Below are positions 62,858 through 64,000 of a stretch of DNA of 64,000 nucleotides, piece by piece. Below the pieces are notes generated by a model that was not told the DNA's origin, did no database searches, and saw nothing but the letters and a program-made list of their open reading frames with translations. Origin of the DNA: Candidatus Bathyarchaeota archaeon. Its GTDB lineage: Archaea; Thermoproteota; Bathyarchaeia; Bathyarchaeales; Bathycorpusculaceae. Both the position numbers and the translations under genes were made by a program. How positions within the stretch are numbered: position 1 is the first letter of the stretch; each line of letters opens with the position of its first letter. The stretch spans positions 950,859 through 1,014,858 of the forward strand of contig OY968763.1 in assembly GCA_963695285.1 (NCBI GenBank), in the 5' to 3' direction.

Positions 62858-63811
62858 TCTTCATAATTTCTACGTTTAGTCCAGTTAATTCGACAAAGAC
62901 ATCTTCTAAACTCGGATTTAAGGTGTTGACTGAAACAATTCTTAGGCTATTCTTTTTGGCGAAATCAACTAAGAGAGGGATTGCTTCTGAAGTGTTCTCA
63001 AAGTGGAGTCTGAATTTGTCTCCAAACTGTGCCGCTTTTTCTAGGTCATTTTAAGCTTGCCAGTTTGCTTTCCAGATTTTTGCTCTGGTCAAAAGAAACT
63101 TCCACGATTTGATGCTTTTCAACTGAAGCTTTAAGTTTCTGCGGACCATCTAAAGCAACTATTTTTCCTCTGTTAATCATGGCAACCCGTTGGCATAGTT
63201 GGTCGGCTTCTTCAATGTAATGTGTAGTCAGAAAAACCGTAACACCGTTCTCATTGAGGTCTTTAACCAATTTTCTTATCATACGAGAACTTTGAACATC
63301 TAGCCCCGAAGTAGGTTCATCCAAAAAGAGTAAGCGAGGTGAATGAACTAGGGCAGCTGCTATTGTTAATCTTCTTTTCAGCACCCTTGGAAAAAATGCC
63401 TGCACGGTCTTTACGACGTTCGTAAAGTCCAAAATGTTCCAATAGTTCCTTCGCTTTGCTTTCCCTTTTTTCTCTTGGCACTCTGTAGAGTTGAGCGGCG
63501 AAAATCAAATTGTCCCAAGCGCTCATTTCATCATAGACATTCGAGTTTTCAGGCACGACGCCTATAGACTCCTTCGCTTCAACTGGCTGGCGAAGCATAT
63601 CTTTACCTGCAACCGTGAGGGTTCCTGAGGTTGGCTTGGTTTGTCCGATAAGCATTTTTGTTGTCGTCGTTTTTCCTGCGCCGTTGGGACCTAAGAAACC
63701 GAAGATTTCGCCTTGTTTAACTTCAAAACTTAAGTGGTCCACTGCCAAGAAATCCGCGTATTGCTTTGTTAAACCCGTTGCCTCTATCGCATTAGACATA
63801 AACTCAGACAC
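62817..63811 (-). CDS. ABC transporter ATP-binding protein, frameshifted
   Basis: [26 protein letters not shown] across frames; stop at 62817. Confidence 0.88.
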
Positions 63812-63975
63812 CTTTGTTTATCCTACAATGAACTGTGCGTGTTACCTAGTGTGTGAGGTTTATCTTATTTATAGATTGTAACGGAAGAAAGAACTTTTTT
63901 TATATAAAGGGTAATAGTCGAAAAGAGCAGAAGGCTCGCAGTGTTGTTTTCTGTTGTTTTTTAGGCTTTTTTGGA

Positions 63976-63995
63976 CTTAAATTCCATTTCCATAG
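63976..63995 (+). repeat. Dispersed 20-bp motif, copy 3 (one-base deletion)
   Basis: CTTAAATTCCATTTCCATAG vs CTTAAATTCCATTTCCAATAG at 41193. Confidence 0.7.
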
Positions 63996-64000
63996 GATTA

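Overview
Archaeal chromosomal window, most consistent with Bathyarchaeia (TACK). The evidence is an unsplit rpoA (A'+A''), a divergent EF-2 paralog, tandem AOR loci, PQQ-like beta-propeller surface proteins and orphan PAS histidine kinases. It carries mostly housekeeping and metabolic genes: purP, ogg1, pepQ, two aor + ferredoxin pairs, uppP, pepF, rpoB-rpoA-L30e-nusA, nucS, pdaD, cdc6 and moaCBA. Three tRNAs are present: Ile2/Met-CAT, intron-containing Leu-CAA and Ala-GGC. Many genes, including essential rpoA, are broken by single-base frameshifts. These are most likely sequencing or assembly indels, so I do not call them pseudogenes. Most notable observations: (1) a translationally coupled three-gene operon encoding a short hinge-less SMC ATPase with Smc5/6-like motifs, a kleisin-like protein and an Nse1/Nse3-like KITE protein; (2) a stack of tiny toxin-antitoxin cassettes downstream of tRNA-Leu, delimited by copies of the tRNA 3' exon and with no integrase; (3) an AT-rich island with a truncated rolling-circle Rep next to cdc6; (4) two families of short dispersed intergenic repeats. 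All family assignments are by-eye motif recognition, not database searches.
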